DNA from: the human T2T-CHM13v2.0 reference genome, Homo sapiens
Length of the DNA stretch: 64,000 bases
Assembly (NCBI RefSeq): GCF_009914755.1
Contig: NC_060934.1
Direction: 5' to 3' (one strand)
The notes beneath the pieces are model-generated. The model did not search any database. It was not told the DNA's origin and saw nothing but the letters and a program-made list of their open reading frames with translations. Below, in pieces: positions 26,233-42,806 of this stretch. Every line of letters begins with the position of its first letter. The first letter of the stretch is position 1. Made by a program: the position numbers and the translations under genes.

Positions 26233-26839
26233 CTTTTCCCTATAAATCCTAGAATTATATTCAGATGTTCAATTACTTCTGAAATGTAACTAGAGTTTCA
26301 TGAATGCTTTAAAATACTGAATTTGAAAAGAATACTGAATGGAAACACTGAATCAGTTTTATTGAAATTAAAGTGCTTTAACTTCTAAAAATATTTGTCT
26401 ATAATGTTTGTGAGTTTAAATCACAGAATAAGCTCTGTGAAAACAGTAAAAATAACCCAAACACAAATACATGTTTGTGAAATGGTCACTGTTGGTCTTC
26501 TTACACATGGTAGTTATACATGTACTATATTCAATGATGCAAATTCGACTATTTTCCTTAAAACGTTAGCTTCAAATTTATCACTAAACAACATCTTTCT
26601 ATGAAGAAAATCTATCCATGGAGACAGATATCATTTCTCCTTCAGATTAATTCCATATCCTAGTGAATGTGTTTTCTCTGATGAAAATAAATTCTGTTAA
26701 TATAAAAATTCTATATGGCAAATCATGTCTCAGAACCTAGAATATCTAGAGAATATTTATTCAACCAATATTAAAGAAGTTCTTACTTTGCTCCTGATAT
26801 TTGACTAGAACTTGGGGAAATAAAGATGCTAAGAAACAG

Positions 26840-27900
26840 CCATTTTCTAAATGATGTTTATGAACAAACTCTACTAAATCTTCAAGAAACAATTCCTGTT
26901 GTTTAAACAGTTTAAATTTTTAAAGTTTTTCCAGCTAGAAAAACCTGAAGTGGCCTTCAGCACAATCTATAAGGCTAGCATAATTCTGAAACAAGAGCAG
27001 AGAAGAATTAAATAAAAGAACACTGTAACATATCTCACTTATAAATATGGAAGAAAATATCCTAAATAAAACATTAGAAATCTAGCACTACATTAAATGA
27101 AACAAGCACAGATATTAAGAAAGTCTGTCTTTAGGAAATCTCATATTGTAATTCTTTAGATTCATAGATAAACACGATCATCTCTACAGACACCAAGAAA
27201 GCATTTGATAAAATTCAACACAGATTCAGGATATAACTCTTAGCAAGATAGGAACAGGTGACACTTCCTTAATTTGACTTTTAAAAATTATTAGTATTTA
27301 AACATCACAATCAACAAGACAGATAAGTTCTTCCATTAAAGTCAAGATTAAAATTGAAGTATATTATGGTCTATAAGGTTAACATAATTTTGAAACAAGA
27401 GCAGGGAAGAATTAAATAGAAGAACACTGTAAACATATCTCACTTATAACTAACTGCCAAGTATAATTGCTCTACTCAACACTGTACTGGATTTGTGCTA
27501 AGATACAAAAAATGAATTAAACTCATAAAATACGTAAAAGAAAAAAGAAACTGTCATTTGTCATTGAAATAACCAACAGTTAAAAACCCAAATCCACAAA
27601 AACTACTAAAAGAGTTTCATGAATTGGCCAGATTTTTGATTATCTAGTCAGTTTCCCATACATAAGCAATGACAAATTAGAAAATATAACAACCAAAAAA
27701 TCTCATTCATAATAGGAAAAAAACTAACACAAATAAGCCTTAAAAGAAATGTATAAAATCAAGTAAGAATATTTGTAAAACCTTCCTCAGGTACCTAAAA
27801 TTAAACTTCAATAGATAAACCCTTGTTCCTAAATGGAAAATAAAACCAACTTCATAAACATGCTAATTCTCCAAAAATTAACCTATAGATTCCATAAATA
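26840..27900 (+). mobile_element. Degraded L1M ORF2 fragment
   Basis: agaaagcatttgataaaattcaaca (EKAFDKIQ-like), ttctccaaaaattaacctatagatt. Confidence 0.6.
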
Positions 27901-28990
27901 CAATGCAATATTTGGCATACAATATTCAGTACACTGCCCAGTACACAGGAGCACTTAATGTAATTTGTTGAATGAATAAACAAACTAATGACAAACACGA
28001 ACAAAAGTATGCAAACATGTATCTCCTCCAAAAAAGGAAAATTAGGGATTTGGAACCAGTTAGATGTGATAAAGAGAGGAAACTAAGAAAACATCCACGC
28101 TTCTAGTTTTGAAAAAATGATGGACAGTTGTGTCCCTTTTTAAGATAGAAACTATTGACAAATGAATTGAGCATCATGTACTCAAGCTAGGTGATTAGGC
28201 TACAAATTATGAATTTAAAATCTCCTTGCCTTCCAGAACCTCGTAACATGGTAAAGGAAAGTGAAACATGATAATAATAGACACAATGCTAGAGCTACAC
28301 ATGGGACACTGTGGGAGCAAAAAGGAAGAGACCCGGAAACAAGTGACTAAGCCTTAGAAATAAATAAACAGGAGTTAGCCCGGTAAAAGTTGGGGAAACA
28401 GCAGGGAGGAAGAACAAAAGCTAGGAAAAACAGCATGGTACTTTCAGGGAATGATGCTGACATACTGAGTATGTAAAAGGAGCAGCAAGTGAAAGGCCTA
28501 AGGAAAAGCAAGTAACAGCACAGAGAGTTTGAAGGTCATGTTGCAAAGCAAACATCCAGAAGCATTTAGGAAACTACTGAAGATTAAGCCAGGAAGTGCA
28601 TTCTGATTTAAATTTTTAAAATATTACAGATTTTAGAGAGACGCAACTAGGAGGTTGGTACAGTAGTACAGACAGAAGATGAAGAGAGCTGCAATAGGAC
28701 AAGACAGTAGGAATGCAGAAGCAGGGACAGATTCAAGAAACAATCAGAAGGTTAAATTAACATACAGGTTGTATGTTTGCTTATGTGAAGTACAGTTTGT
28801 TTTACCGTGTGTGTAGTTTTACTACAGTTAATGTCAAGATGAAGAAAAGAATGGAAAGAGAAGGGCAAACAGGAGTTACATTTAGATTGCATTAGGTTGA
28901 TAAGTCTTTTCAAAACCCAAGTGGAAATGGTAATAGATTGTTGGTTATATAAATTGGGAACTCAGTTCCCAATTTACAAAAATCAGGGCT

Positions 28991-29330
<340 letters not shown>

Positions 29331-30004
29331 TCAATAACATATGAAAGCATACAGAGTAAGTGCAAGATGAAATGAGAACCCTGGAAAATACTAAGCTGTT
29401 GCTTTATGAATTAAAATGAGAACATAAGTTTAAAGTCAGCATATGATCTTGCATAGTGATTTCTATTGTTAGCATAATAATTATTATTGCAATTAACATA
29501 ACTAAAGAACCAGACTAAGTGATGGAGGCAGAAAGGAAAGTTAGAAGTAGAAGGTCTACCAGGAAAGAATAGCATTTGAAAGTCAAGAAGGAAAATTTCA
29601 AAAGAAGGGAAACTAGACAGTATCAAATTCAAAGACTTCAATACAGGGACTCTGAAAGAATCACTCAATTCAGCAATTAAGAAGTTTTTAAAGACTTCAG
29701 CTACCAGCCATGAGGATCTGAAACTACTTTCCTGCCATAAACTAGAAAAGCGAGTAAAATACAGAAAACAAGTATTGTGAGGCATTGTACAACAATCAGC
29801 TGCAGACTGTAATCTTTGAGAGAAACAAACAAGGTGAATCCTACCACTCCCAAGCTTTGTGCCGGAAGTGGTTTGCAGGAATCAGCCCAGCAAGGGGAAA
29901 TCCAGAGTCTAGCAATCTCGGTGAGTGAACAGGACAAACACTGGGAATAATACAAGAAATGGAAATAATTATAAACATCATACAATGAGAAGAGAAAAAG
30001 TTGA

Positions 30005-30315
<311 letters not shown>

Positions 30316-30508
30316 CCTAATTTTTAAAAATCAGGGAATCTAAAGTTGGATGGCATTCTTCAAAACCGATAAACCAAGAAACAGGTGGAATTATGTTTGA
30401 AATCTAGAGACTTAACAGTAATTCTAAGTAGAAGCACAGATAATTAGGTTTATTGACAATGAAAGGTAAAAAGTTAGTTTCTAGTAGAAATAAGAACCTT
30501 GTTTTCTT

Positions 30509-30605
30509 TTTTTTGTTTTTTTTTTTTTTGAGACGGAGTCTTGCCCTGTCACCCAGGTTGGAGTGCAATGGTGTGATTTCAGCTCACTGCAGCCTCCACC
30601 TCCTG
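30509..30605 (-). mobile_element. Severely 5'-truncated Alu (about 76 nt plus tail)
   Basis: Exact 17-bp TSD aagaaccttgttttctt at 30492-30508 and 30606-30622. Confidence 0.9.
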
Positions 30606-31314
30606 AAGAACCTTGTTTTCTTAATGAATTAGTTCCATACTTAAAATCAGCTTAAATCCTCAATTTTCAAAGTGTATGAGAAAAGAATAGACGAGGACTC
30701 CGTATTTGTGAAATACTCTGATCTCTGGCAAAAAGAAAGTGCACATGTTTATTATTGCCTAAACCACTGAAAAATTCAAGGGAATTAACACTGATTGATT
30801 ACCAACAATTTTCCTCAAGCTTGAAAATATAGGTTCTTGGCATAAAAAATACTTAGCATAAAATACCAAACTAATTTTTACATATGCACAAAATATATAT
30901 TTAATTACAACAAGGGATGGTTAAGTAATAATGCACTGTCTTTTCTAGCGAACCAAAAATATGTTTTTTTAACAAATACACTCAATGCTGGTGAAGGTGG
31001 GATGTAACAACTCTAGTTTACTGCTGGTAACTTTAATCAGCAGAACCTTTTTGGAAAAGTTTGGCAGTATGTTTCAAGAGTTTTAAAAAAATATTTTTAG
31101 ACCCTTGAACAAACGGAAGAAAATTCCTAAAGACACAAAAATCCCTAACAAAGATGTTCATTCCAGTGTTATTTATAAGAAATAAATCAGAAACAACCTA
31201 AACATTTAACAACAGAAAAATGGTTAAGCAAATCATGACTCAACAGATGAGGCAATACTAATACTAGCAGTGAAAATGCTATGAATGATTTCTGATTTAA
31301 AAAAAAAAAAATCT

Positions 31315-31698
<384 letters not shown>

Positions 31699-32050
31699 TT
31701 AAATTTTAAAGCATAAAGAAAAACTAAAACATTATCAGTTTTCTCTGGATATTAGTATTATATATGTTTTTTTCTATGTGATTTCCCAATTTTATTATAA
31801 TGAGAATGATCACCTTTAGAGTTTGAGGGGACAAGGATGTGGGGCAGGATAGGCCCTTGTCTAGTCCACCAGACTTACAAAAGTGACAATAGTATTGACC
31901 CTATAGAAACTAGTGTTTTTTCACAGGAAGTCAATGGGTCATCAGAATCATCTGAGGTTGCTTATTAAAATTCTTGGGCCACATTCCAGAGTTACTGGGG
32001 GTGGCAAGTGGTGATAGTGGCTGGGGGTTAGTCAAGAATTTATATTTTAG

Positions 32051-32322
32051 GGCCAGGTGTGGTGACTTACACCTCTAATCCCAGCACCTTGGGAGGTTGA
32101 GGCGGGAAGATCACTTGAGCCCAGTAGTTCAAGACCAGCCTGGGCAACACCGAGACCCTGTCTCTATAAAAAATAATTAGCCAGGCAGGGTGGCACATGC
32201 CTGTGGTCCCTGCTACTTGGAAGGCTGAGGTGAGAGGATGACTTGAGCCCAGGAGGTCAAGGCTGCAGTGAGCCACTGCACTCTAGCCTGGGTTTCAGAG
32301 TAAGACCCTGTCTCAATAAATA
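32051..32322 (+). mobile_element. AluJ, inserted in a MER5-like remnant
   Basis: J-type ttgagcccagg, ggtcaaggctgcagtgagc. Confidence 0.88.
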
Positions 32323-32651
32323 CATATTTTTAAGTACTCTATGTGATATTTATGTTCATTATTATTCAAAAGTCAGTGTACCTGAGTGCGCTTAGGGCAA
32401 ACTAGCCTCTTCAGCCCAATACATTTGTATTACAAAAACATAAATACTGAAAGACAATTCTTAAGTCCATACCACCATTTGCTGTTACTCTGCAGATAAA
32501 TCAGAGTTAAAATGAATAAGCAGTAAGATATAAGTACTTCCAATATATGAGTCAAATAAAAATCAGCTTTCTAACATTTATAAGAACCTTGTTCATGAAT
32601 TGTCACCAACAAAAACAAATGGAATTTTCATACTTTAAAAAAAATAAAACA

Positions 32652-33022
<371 letters not shown>

Positions 33023-33627
33023 TTAACAATTGAATTGGGACCAGTACCTCTGCACATGACCTAATTTCATATTTAAAAAAGACTTGGCCTGTTCTACTTT
33101 ATCTATAGATAGACTAAAATAATCCTCCCATTATCCACTGAAAAGAAAAATTGGGGAACCATATATATAAGAAGGTAACTTTAAACTTAGATTCCTTCTG
33201 CATCGTTACTTTTTTTAATACCAAAAAATACTGAGATTTGTCCTCTTTTTACTTTTGACATTAGTTCAGAATTGCTTCTATAATAAACTTCTGAGAATGG
33301 CAGAATCCATACTAAGGAGCTACACCTCTTGCTTCTTAATCAGCACATGCTACTTAGTATTAATACCTGGGTATCTACCTTACTAAAAGTACAGAATTAT
33401 ATTTATATTGCTGAATAGTATAAATCCCTACAGCCTATAATCATACCTTTGATTTAGACTTATGGAAAAAAACATTTACCACAAATGTTTGGTAGCCTGA
33501 CAGTATCAGGCTCTAAAGCTGAACTTATTTTTTTAAATCCTATTTTAAATCATATACAGAAAAAGACATTTATGTATTTTTGTAATTTAGCTGCTTAAAC
33601 AAAGTCTCCTTTACCATAATTTCTGTC

Positions 33628-33924
33628 TTTTTTTTTTTTTTTGAGATGGAATCTCGCTTTCATTGCCCAGGCTGGAGTGCAATGGTGCCATCTCAGCTCA
33701 CTGCAACCTCCGCCTCCTGCGTTCAAGCAAATTCTCCTGCCTCAGCCTCCTGAGTAGCTGGGATTACAGGCATGCGCCACCCCACCCAGCTAATTTTGTA
33801 TTTTTAGTAGAGACTGGGTTTCTCCATGTTGGCCAGGCTGGTCTCGAGCTCCCAACCTCAGATGATCCACCCGCCTCAGCCTCCCAAAGTGCTGGGATTC
33901 CAGGCTGAGCCACCGGACCCAGCC
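33628..33924 (-). mobile_element. AluSp/Sq-like
   Basis: Poly(T), gggtttctccatgttggcc; short TSD ccataattt. Confidence 0.92.
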
Positions 33925-35699
33925 ATAATTTTTATATAATAATAAATTGTGTAGTTATATAAATTATAACATTGGGCCAGTTAACAGAGTACAAAAAGCA
34001 AAAATTTGTCAATGGGACAATGCTCAGCTAAAACAGGACTAAAACTGGTTTTAGTTCACAAACGAATTTTGTTTAGTTTCACAACTAAAAATTACATGAT
34101 CAATATTACCTGAAAAATATAACTTCCTAAAAGAAAGTCATTTAAAGCCAAATTTTAGGGGGAAAAACATATACCACCCTTTGTTTAACAATTTTGAAAA
34201 CAAAAACTTACAAATTCTAATGTTCCTGTCTAAAGCGTGACTGCATTGAGATTTCAAGCTCTATAGAGTACACTGATATTTTCATGGTTTACTTACTTAA
34301 CTAACATTTAAGTACTAATTATGAGCTAGGCAGTAGATGAAAATAGGACAGTCCCTGTCCTTGAGGAGCCAATAGCCTAGGAAAGAGGACAAAACTACTC
34401 TAATGACACAGCTAACTGCTGCAGAGAGAAGTGTACAGGATGCTCTAGAAGCACAGAAAAACCCAGCACTAAACAGGGATAGGAGGTGAGACACAGCATG
34501 CAGAAAAAGTTTCACAACAGATGTTTAACATGATCTTTAAAGGAAAATAGGCGCAAGTCAAGAGAGTAGTGAAGGGCACTTCAAGCACAAGCAACACTTT
34601 ATTGTTCTTCGGATATAACACACAAATAAGGAAAACAACCTTTGAATAAGGAAACACTACTGATAACTAAGTGAATTCGTTATCATGGTATCTTTAATAG
34701 ACATCAGTTTTCATGGTAAACACATAATTTGCCTTACTGATTTTTTTTCAGGTGATTTTCTAGTTATTGAAACTCAGAGGTGCTCTATTACTACAGGGTT
34801 GGTTACCTTACCTTGTATTCATATGCTAAGACTTAGCTGTCACCTTACGGCTTGCTTCTGTCCTCCCCCTCTCCTTTTATCACCTTGGCCAACAGCCTGA
34901 ACAGTCTCTTCACCCTGTCACAGATCTGTCACCATTTCTCCCGCCTCCCCTGACAAAGACAATAATAAAGCAGGTACCAGGTAGAACAGCTGTAATGTCT
35001 GACAAATGCTTGTTTCTAAAAAGCCATACACAAACATACTGATGAAGTCATCTCTCTGCTACTAACCCTCAATAACAGCTGCAAGCAGATTATTGCAGCA
35101 ATCGTGCCATGCTATAAACTACAACCACTGGTAAAGACTATCTATCTGTATCTAGACGGTTGACAGAGAAGAGGTGACAGACACCACAGTGAAAAGGAAT
35201 GAAGGAACTAATAGGAACCAGCACATAGAGAGTCATGGGAGTGCACAATTAGGAAGTTTATTACAGGCAAAAGATTTGCCAAAAAGGGAACAAATGACAA
35301 ATTTCCCCTTCAAGATAGAGCCCACATCTCTCCAGTCTCCTTTTCTTTCATGCCCTCACGCTCATCCTTTCCTCAGCCTTACTTCTCTACAGCTCATCAT
35401 AGTACTTACGACACTAAACTCTAATCCCAGATTTACTTGTCTGCCTTTCCTTCTAGAACTTCATTCTCTTTAAGGCAGAAACATTTGTCTTGTTTGTCTC
35501 TTCATCTTCAGAGCCTAGTATAGCACTTGCACAAATTGGCACTCAATAAGTTCCTGAGTGAAAATTATTTTTATATAACTAAATAATCTATCATGAAATC
35601 CACACACTAACTCCCTACTTCTGTTTTTATAGTCTCCTGGGAAATCGATTACCTAAACTCTATTGCTTCAATAAAACCAAAATCTCTCCCTCAAACACC

Positions 35700-36440
35700 C
35701 TCCTCTCCCCGAGCTACCGACATGTATTCTGAAAGACCTACCAGCATGGATATTCCACATATACCTCAAACTCACTATATCCTCTGCCTCAACCTTCTTC
35801 CATAACATACTACCCTATAGGAGTCACTAATTCAAATAATACTATCATAAACTCCTCAAGCAGCTATCTCTCAAAGTCATCTGTATCTCCTCTCTTTACC
35901 CCAACAAAGTACTACTAATTCTCTATCCTAATATATCTTGAATTTCTTCCTCTCTTATCCCAAGATAAACTGCCTTAGTCCATCTTTTGCTGAATAACTA
36001 AAATCACCTATGGGGTCTACTGCCCCCATTTCTTTGCCTCATCCAGTTGATCCTCCATGATACCACTAGTTTCTCTAAAAGCACATATCTGATATCGTTA
36101 CTCATCTGCTTAAAAACATCAATGAAAATTTCATTAACTATAAAATAACTCCAAGGACCTTGAAAGAGAACTGTGGCTCTTAAGTACTCCAGTCCCAATC
36201 TTTTCTGCCTCATTTATTACCATTCTCCCTATATTATTTGTTCCAAAATTCCCATACTACTCATAATTCTATTATTAATGCATACCATTTTCCTCCCAGA
36301 CCTTCAAATCTTTACTTTATCCTTCTGAGATAACCCGTTCCCAATCACCAAACCACACTCAAAACCATAAAGAACTGATTCAAACTCTTTGAAATGTTCC
36401 CCTGTTCCCCAAAGGCAGAATTCATGGGCTTCCTGTGCAT
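35700..36440 (+). mobile_element. L2 fragments
   Basis: acctcaaactca, ctagtttctctaaaagcacatatctgatatcgttactcatctgcttaaaa motifs. Confidence 0.5.
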
Positions 36441-36447
36441 CTAGAGC

Positions 36448-36930
36448 ATCAGTATCTAACAGAAATATAACATGAGCCAGGTATGTAATTTTTTCTACTA
36501 GCTACATTAAAAGGGTTATAAAAAGAGAGATAAAATGAATTACAATAATATATTTAACACAATGTATCCAAAATATTATCACACCACCATATAATCAGCA
36601 CGCAAATTACTGAGATAGTTTATATTTTTGGACTATCTTCAAAATCCAGTGTGTATTTTACAGTACATCTCAATTCAGGTCCTAAATTTTCATCAGAAAT
36701 ACTTTATCTATATTTCGATTTCTTAAAATGTACAGTTGAAAAAGTAGATTTATATATCCAAATTATTCCAAACATTCTCCAAAGTTTCCCAATAAATGAA
36801 TCCAGCATCGGTTTTCATATTTAACTTATAATAAATAATTAAAATTAAAACTTGAGTTATTCAGTCTCACTAGCCACATTCAAGTGCTCAATAACCACCC
36901 ATGGCCAGTGGCTACTATCGGCCGGCACCA
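36448..36930. mobile_element. MER33/Charlie5-type hAT DNA transposon relic
   Basis: aacagaaatataacatgagcca...aaaatccagtgtgtatttta...ctagccacattcaagtgctcaata...gtggctac. Confidence 0.7.
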
Positions 36931-38044
36931 ATCTGCAGCATTAATTTGTCATTTTTCTGTCTCTCCCACTAAGTTGTAAGCCCCTTAGGAGTTAAGAACA
37001 TGACCATGTCTTATCATTACACATTCTCAAAGTCTAGAAACAAATGAATAAACCAAAGACCCCTTTCTCAAGCCCTAACACAGACTCTGATGATTCTCCT
37101 GTTCTCAGTAACTGCTTTCCCAATCCATAGAATATTTCAAGAAATAGAAAGCTAAATGTGATAGCTGCTAGAAACTTATTGATGAAACCTCATTATTAAT
37201 TTGTGTTAAAAGTATTCATCCAGATATGTTTGTCCTTGTTGGTCAGTAAAGCAAAGAAAATTCAATGGGACATTATGCTGAGATAGTAAGACTTAGTTAC
37301 TATTTTATGCTGATAAGGCAACATGCGATGACCTGGTACACTGCCATTATTATAAATCTCCCTCCCTGGGGACTTGAATGGTAACTCTATCATCAGCATT
37401 CAGAGAATGACTAAAGAATACTCTGTCACTGAAATTTCTAGAGATTAAAAAGTTAATGGTACAACTGCAAATGAAAAAACTATCTGTGATCACTTGTTGA
37501 AAGCATACATTACATGAATAAATCTAAACTTAGAAGGTGAGGCTTCTGGTGGCAGCAAAACAAAGTATGAATTTCAAAAAGATAAAAAATTGATCCATAG
37601 TTTTAAGATATACATTTAAATGCCCAACATACCATCTTTTCTGTCTCTCATCTTCTGATAACTGAATATTCTTTTTTTGTTTAATTTCAGAAGACAAAAA
37701 ATTTTGAAAAACACTACCTAAGGAAAAGGTAGTGGAAAAGGTTGTGTTCACTTCAAATGAACACAACTACATAAATGGGTTTCTAACTTACTATCTGTAC
37801 CAATTCATTAACAAGTATGCATGAGAAAGTCATAGCACAGCTACTTGGGTAATCTATTTTATTAAGTCCAAACTGAGTGTGTAATTACAAGTTTTAAAGC
37901 ATTATTTCCTTAAAGCTGTCTTGAAAACAGAAAGAAAATTAAAAGTAGATGATTTTCCATCACTTTAATGGTCATTTTATACCAAGGCAAGAAATACCTA
38001 AGCCCTGAATTTGTTAAACAAGAGATATTTAAAATAGGTAGTTA

Positions 38045-38485
<441 letters not shown>

Positions 38486-39054
38486 TTACTGCTGGGTTTG
38501 TTTGTCTGCTTATCTGTACTTTCTAATTTATTCTAGAAGGAGTTCATCTATTTTTGAAATGAGATTAAAAAGAAAAAAATGCTTACGGGAGAAAAAGGGC
38601 CATTAATTTTAAAGTCATGTAACAATTCTGGAATGATCTTTAAGAAATTCTCTAGCTAAGCTCTAGAAGCACAGAACACTTATGATACCCATGGAGGTCA
38701 ATACTGAAAACTTAAAGTTTACCCAGAAAAAGTAGAGTAGGTAAGGAGGAAGGGTTCATTCAAGATCACAGATATTTTGGGTTCAGTCTAAGCAGAAATG
38801 AAGTCACTAAGCTTAGAATTATAATTCTCATAAAAAGTCACAATGAGAATACAGTTCCCACAAGCAAGTTCTCCAAATTGCTAATAAAAAAGACAAAGGA
38901 TTGGGTAGGGTAGGGAAGGATGGGTAAGGGGGAATAGGATTGTTCTGTAATCACAGTGATCAAAAGTTAACCACCTCTTTAAATGAACAATTCATCCTAA
39001 AGTTCCACAAAACTGAGGCCTGTCTAGACACTATTCATTCCCAGCACTTTTCTC

Positions 39055-39560
39055 TTTTCATTAAATAACTGTGATAAAATATACATAACATAAAATGTAC
39101 CACTTTAACCATTCTCATGTGTACAGGTCGGTCACACTAAGTACTTTCCCACTACGGTGCAACCATCACCACCATCCATCTCCAGAACTTCTTTCATCTT
39201 GCAAAACTGAAACTCCATACTCACTAAACATTAACTCCCCATCCTCCCTCTCCCCAGTCCCTGGCAACCACCATTCTACTTTCTGTCTCTATGAATTCAA
39301 GCACCTCATATAAGTGGAATTATACAGTATTTGTCCTTTTGTGACTTATTTCACTTAGCATGTGTCAGAATTTCCTTTCTTTTCAAGGCTGAATAATATT
39401 CCATTGTGTGTGTCTGTGTATTTATTATTAATGTATTCATCCATCAATAGACAGTTGCTTCCACCTTTTGGCTATAGTGAACAATTCTGCTATGAACATG
39501 GTGTACAAACACCTTTTTGAATCCCTGGCTTACAGTTCTTTGGGGTAGGTACCCAGAGCC
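39055..39560 (-). mobile_element. L1MB 3' end
   Basis: gcaaccatcaccaccatccatctccagaac, ccctggcaaccaccattctactttctgtctctatgaatt. Confidence 0.8.
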
Positions 39561-39631
39561 CTTCTCTTTTGAAACTCCTCAAATAAAACTTACCTATTGC
39601 TCTAAAGGTCATCATAAAAAAAATAACATCA

Positions 39632-39979
<348 letters not shown>

Positions 39980-41205
39980 CTACTCCACAACATCTTACAT
40001 ATGCACTGAAGACCATTAATCCAAAAGCGGAGGAAAAAAATCAGTCAGCAGCTAAATTTAAAGCAATTTAGTTGACCTTCCTTAAGTTCATATAACCCCA
40101 TCCCCAGGAAGAGAAATATAAAACATTCTTCTCATATTTCAAAGTGCAGGAAACAAAAATTCACCTAGTAGGTATATTCCAGTGCTACGAACAGTTAGTG
40201 CTAGTTAAAACCGCAGTTTGTTTTTCAAGGTCTTGAGTATCCTTTAAGGGCAGTTACAACCCCTACTCCCAAACTAGCTCTCAGTTCAGAATTTTTAGAA
40301 AAGGTTCTAAAATACAAAAGACAAGTTTTTCCAGTTTCTCCGTAAGTCAAATTAACTCCTAATCCTCATCTGAAGACTCAATATCCTGTTCCAAGATCAC
40401 TTGAGACATGTGTCAGCTCCTTTTGGTCCCAAATGCTTGTTCTTTTTCATCAGGCATCTCAATATCCCAAGGAGAAATCAAACAGGCAAATGAGAAAAAT
40501 CTGTGGCAGATCTAAAGTCAGTTAAGATTTACTAATTTCTTGCTCAGCATTTCCTTTTGGGACGCTGTTGCGCATTAGAATGAGATATACTGAAAGTAGC
40601 ATAAAGACGCCTGGTTCCTTTTAACAGAACAAAGTGCTACCAGAGGAAGAAACAAGTCTGGTTATCCCAGCTTTCAGTCTTCATACTCTGTTTTAGTAAA
40701 TACACTAACATAAAAACTACCTATGTATCAATAAAAATATATCAGAATAACTATACTATTATAAAGTATCCATAACATTTTTCTAATTACCTATAGTTTC
40801 TAGAGGAAGACTGACATTTATCAATTCCCATTTTAAGTCATTAAATCTGAAGTTGGAAAGTCAAAAAGATCACACTCCTTCTCACTTGATTGTGTATAAA
40901 GAACAGCTGGCTAGTAAGCTATTGTACCTGATAAACAGATTATTTTTCTCCACAAAACACATTTAAATTACATTAACAAAACTGCCAATGAAGAAAAAAC
41001 TACTTTAACTAAAAAGTGAAATCGTTTTCTACAAAACAAGGTTTGATCCCATTGTGTGCGTTACAACTACTTGAGTGTTTTAGCAATACCATCCACATGA
41101 CATGGGTGCTTAATGAGGTTTTTCAAAATAAGCATAAAATAATGAAAGAAAATCTGACACACTCAAGGAAGATATTTAGCAGATAATTAATGAAATTTTA
41201 AAACC

Positions 41206-41478
41206 AGTTGGGTGAGGTGGCGCCTGCCTATAATTCCAGTACTTTGGGAAGTCAAGGCGGGCACATAGCTTGAGCCCAGCAGTTTGAGACCAGCCTGGGG
41301 AACGTGGAGAAACCCTGTCTCTACAAAAAATTAACTGGGTGTGGTGACACATGCCTGTATTTCCAACTACTTGGGAGGCTGAGGTGGGCGGATCACCTGA
41401 GCCTGGGAAGTTGAGGCTGCAGTAAGCTCCAGCCTGGGTGACACAGGAGACCCTGTCTCACAAAAATAAAAAATAAAA
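41206..41478 (+). mobile_element. AluJb-like
   Basis: Diverged dimer with right-arm deletion. Confidence 0.85.
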
Positions 41479-42003
41479 CATTTTCCTGACTAGAAAAGTG
41501 ATGATTAAGCTGCACAAAATGTTATACATAATCTTCTTTAAATTATGAAACACAGATACAAAAGGTAAAAGTACCCTTCTTTTAAAAAGAAGTTGGAAAA
41601 CAGAGAATAAGTTGAAAAAGAAAGCAGAAATTCACCACCCAATTTTAACTTTTGTTGATATCCTGAATGAGGTTGTAATCATAATACAATCATAATAGGG
41701 ACAGGCCATGACCGTTTACACAGATTTTCAACTTTCAAACATCTTGGACTTCCATAATTTCACACTAAAACTCCTAAACCTACTTCAATAAATAAAATCA
41801 GAACTTCCTTACACTAACTGATCAGCTTTTTGAGAAATCACATAATAGACACTTTTGTTTCAGAAGCCTCAGGTATTATCTGTATAGCAGTGCTTGTGCA
41901 ATTTTGTATTTGAATGTCTTATTGTATTTTACATTTATTAAAATGAGGCAAAAAGTGTAAAAAATTTAAAAAATGCAGCAGTTCCCTATATTCCTTTATA
42001 GTA

Positions 42004-42224
42004 TAGGGATAAGCAAACTATGGTCCAAATCCAGCCTGCTGCCTTCTTTTGTAAATAAAGTTTTGTTGAAACAAAGCCATGCTCCTCTGTTTCCATATTG
42101 GCTATGCACTTAGGTTCTCATGCTACAATGGCAGAGTTGAACACTTGCAACAGAGACCACATGGCTCACAAAACCTAAAATGTTTGTTACTGGGCTCTTT
42201 ACAGAAAATGTTTGCCAAGCCCTG
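42004..42224. mobile_element. MER58A (hAT-Charlie)
   Basis: gcaaactatgg...gtaaataaagttttgttgaaac...tacaatggcagagttgaa...tttacagaaaatgtttgccaagccctg. Confidence 0.85.
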
Positions 42225-42526
42225 TGAAAATACCCTCCCAATTTTTAAGCTAGATTTTGTTAAAACCATGTACACAAAAATCAGATGAATATGTATTGTT
42301 CTTCATTCTTCCAAAGTAATTCCTTCAAATCATTACAAATTGCCATCCCTTTAACATTAAGAGTCCCCTTCTATAACATCAGAAAGAACAGAAAATGAAA
42401 TCTTCAACTATTTCAGCTATGCAAAAATAGAACATAGGTCAAAGTGTCACTTTATCATTAACAGTGTATTTCAACAGTGTTAATTTACATGTAAGGTTTA
42501 ATATCTATTTAAAAAGACAAGAATAA

Positions 42527-42806
42527 GGCCAAGTGCAGTGGCTCATACCTGTAATCCCAGCAGTTGGGGAGGCCTAGGCAGGCAGATTGCTTGAGCTCAG
42601 GAGTTCAAGACCAGCCTGGGCAACATGATGAAACCCCATCTTAACAAAAAAATACAAAAATTAGCTAGGCGTGGTGGCACACCCCTGTGTTCCCAGCTAC
42701 TTGGGAAGCTGAGGCTGGAGGATTGCTTGTGCCTGGAAGGCAGAGGTCTCCAGCCTGGGCAACAGAGTGAGACCCTCTCTCAAAACAGTAACAACAATAA
42801 CAAAAA
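42527..42806 (+). mobile_element. AluJb-like
   Basis: ttgagctcaggagttc; right-arm deletion. Confidence 0.85.
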
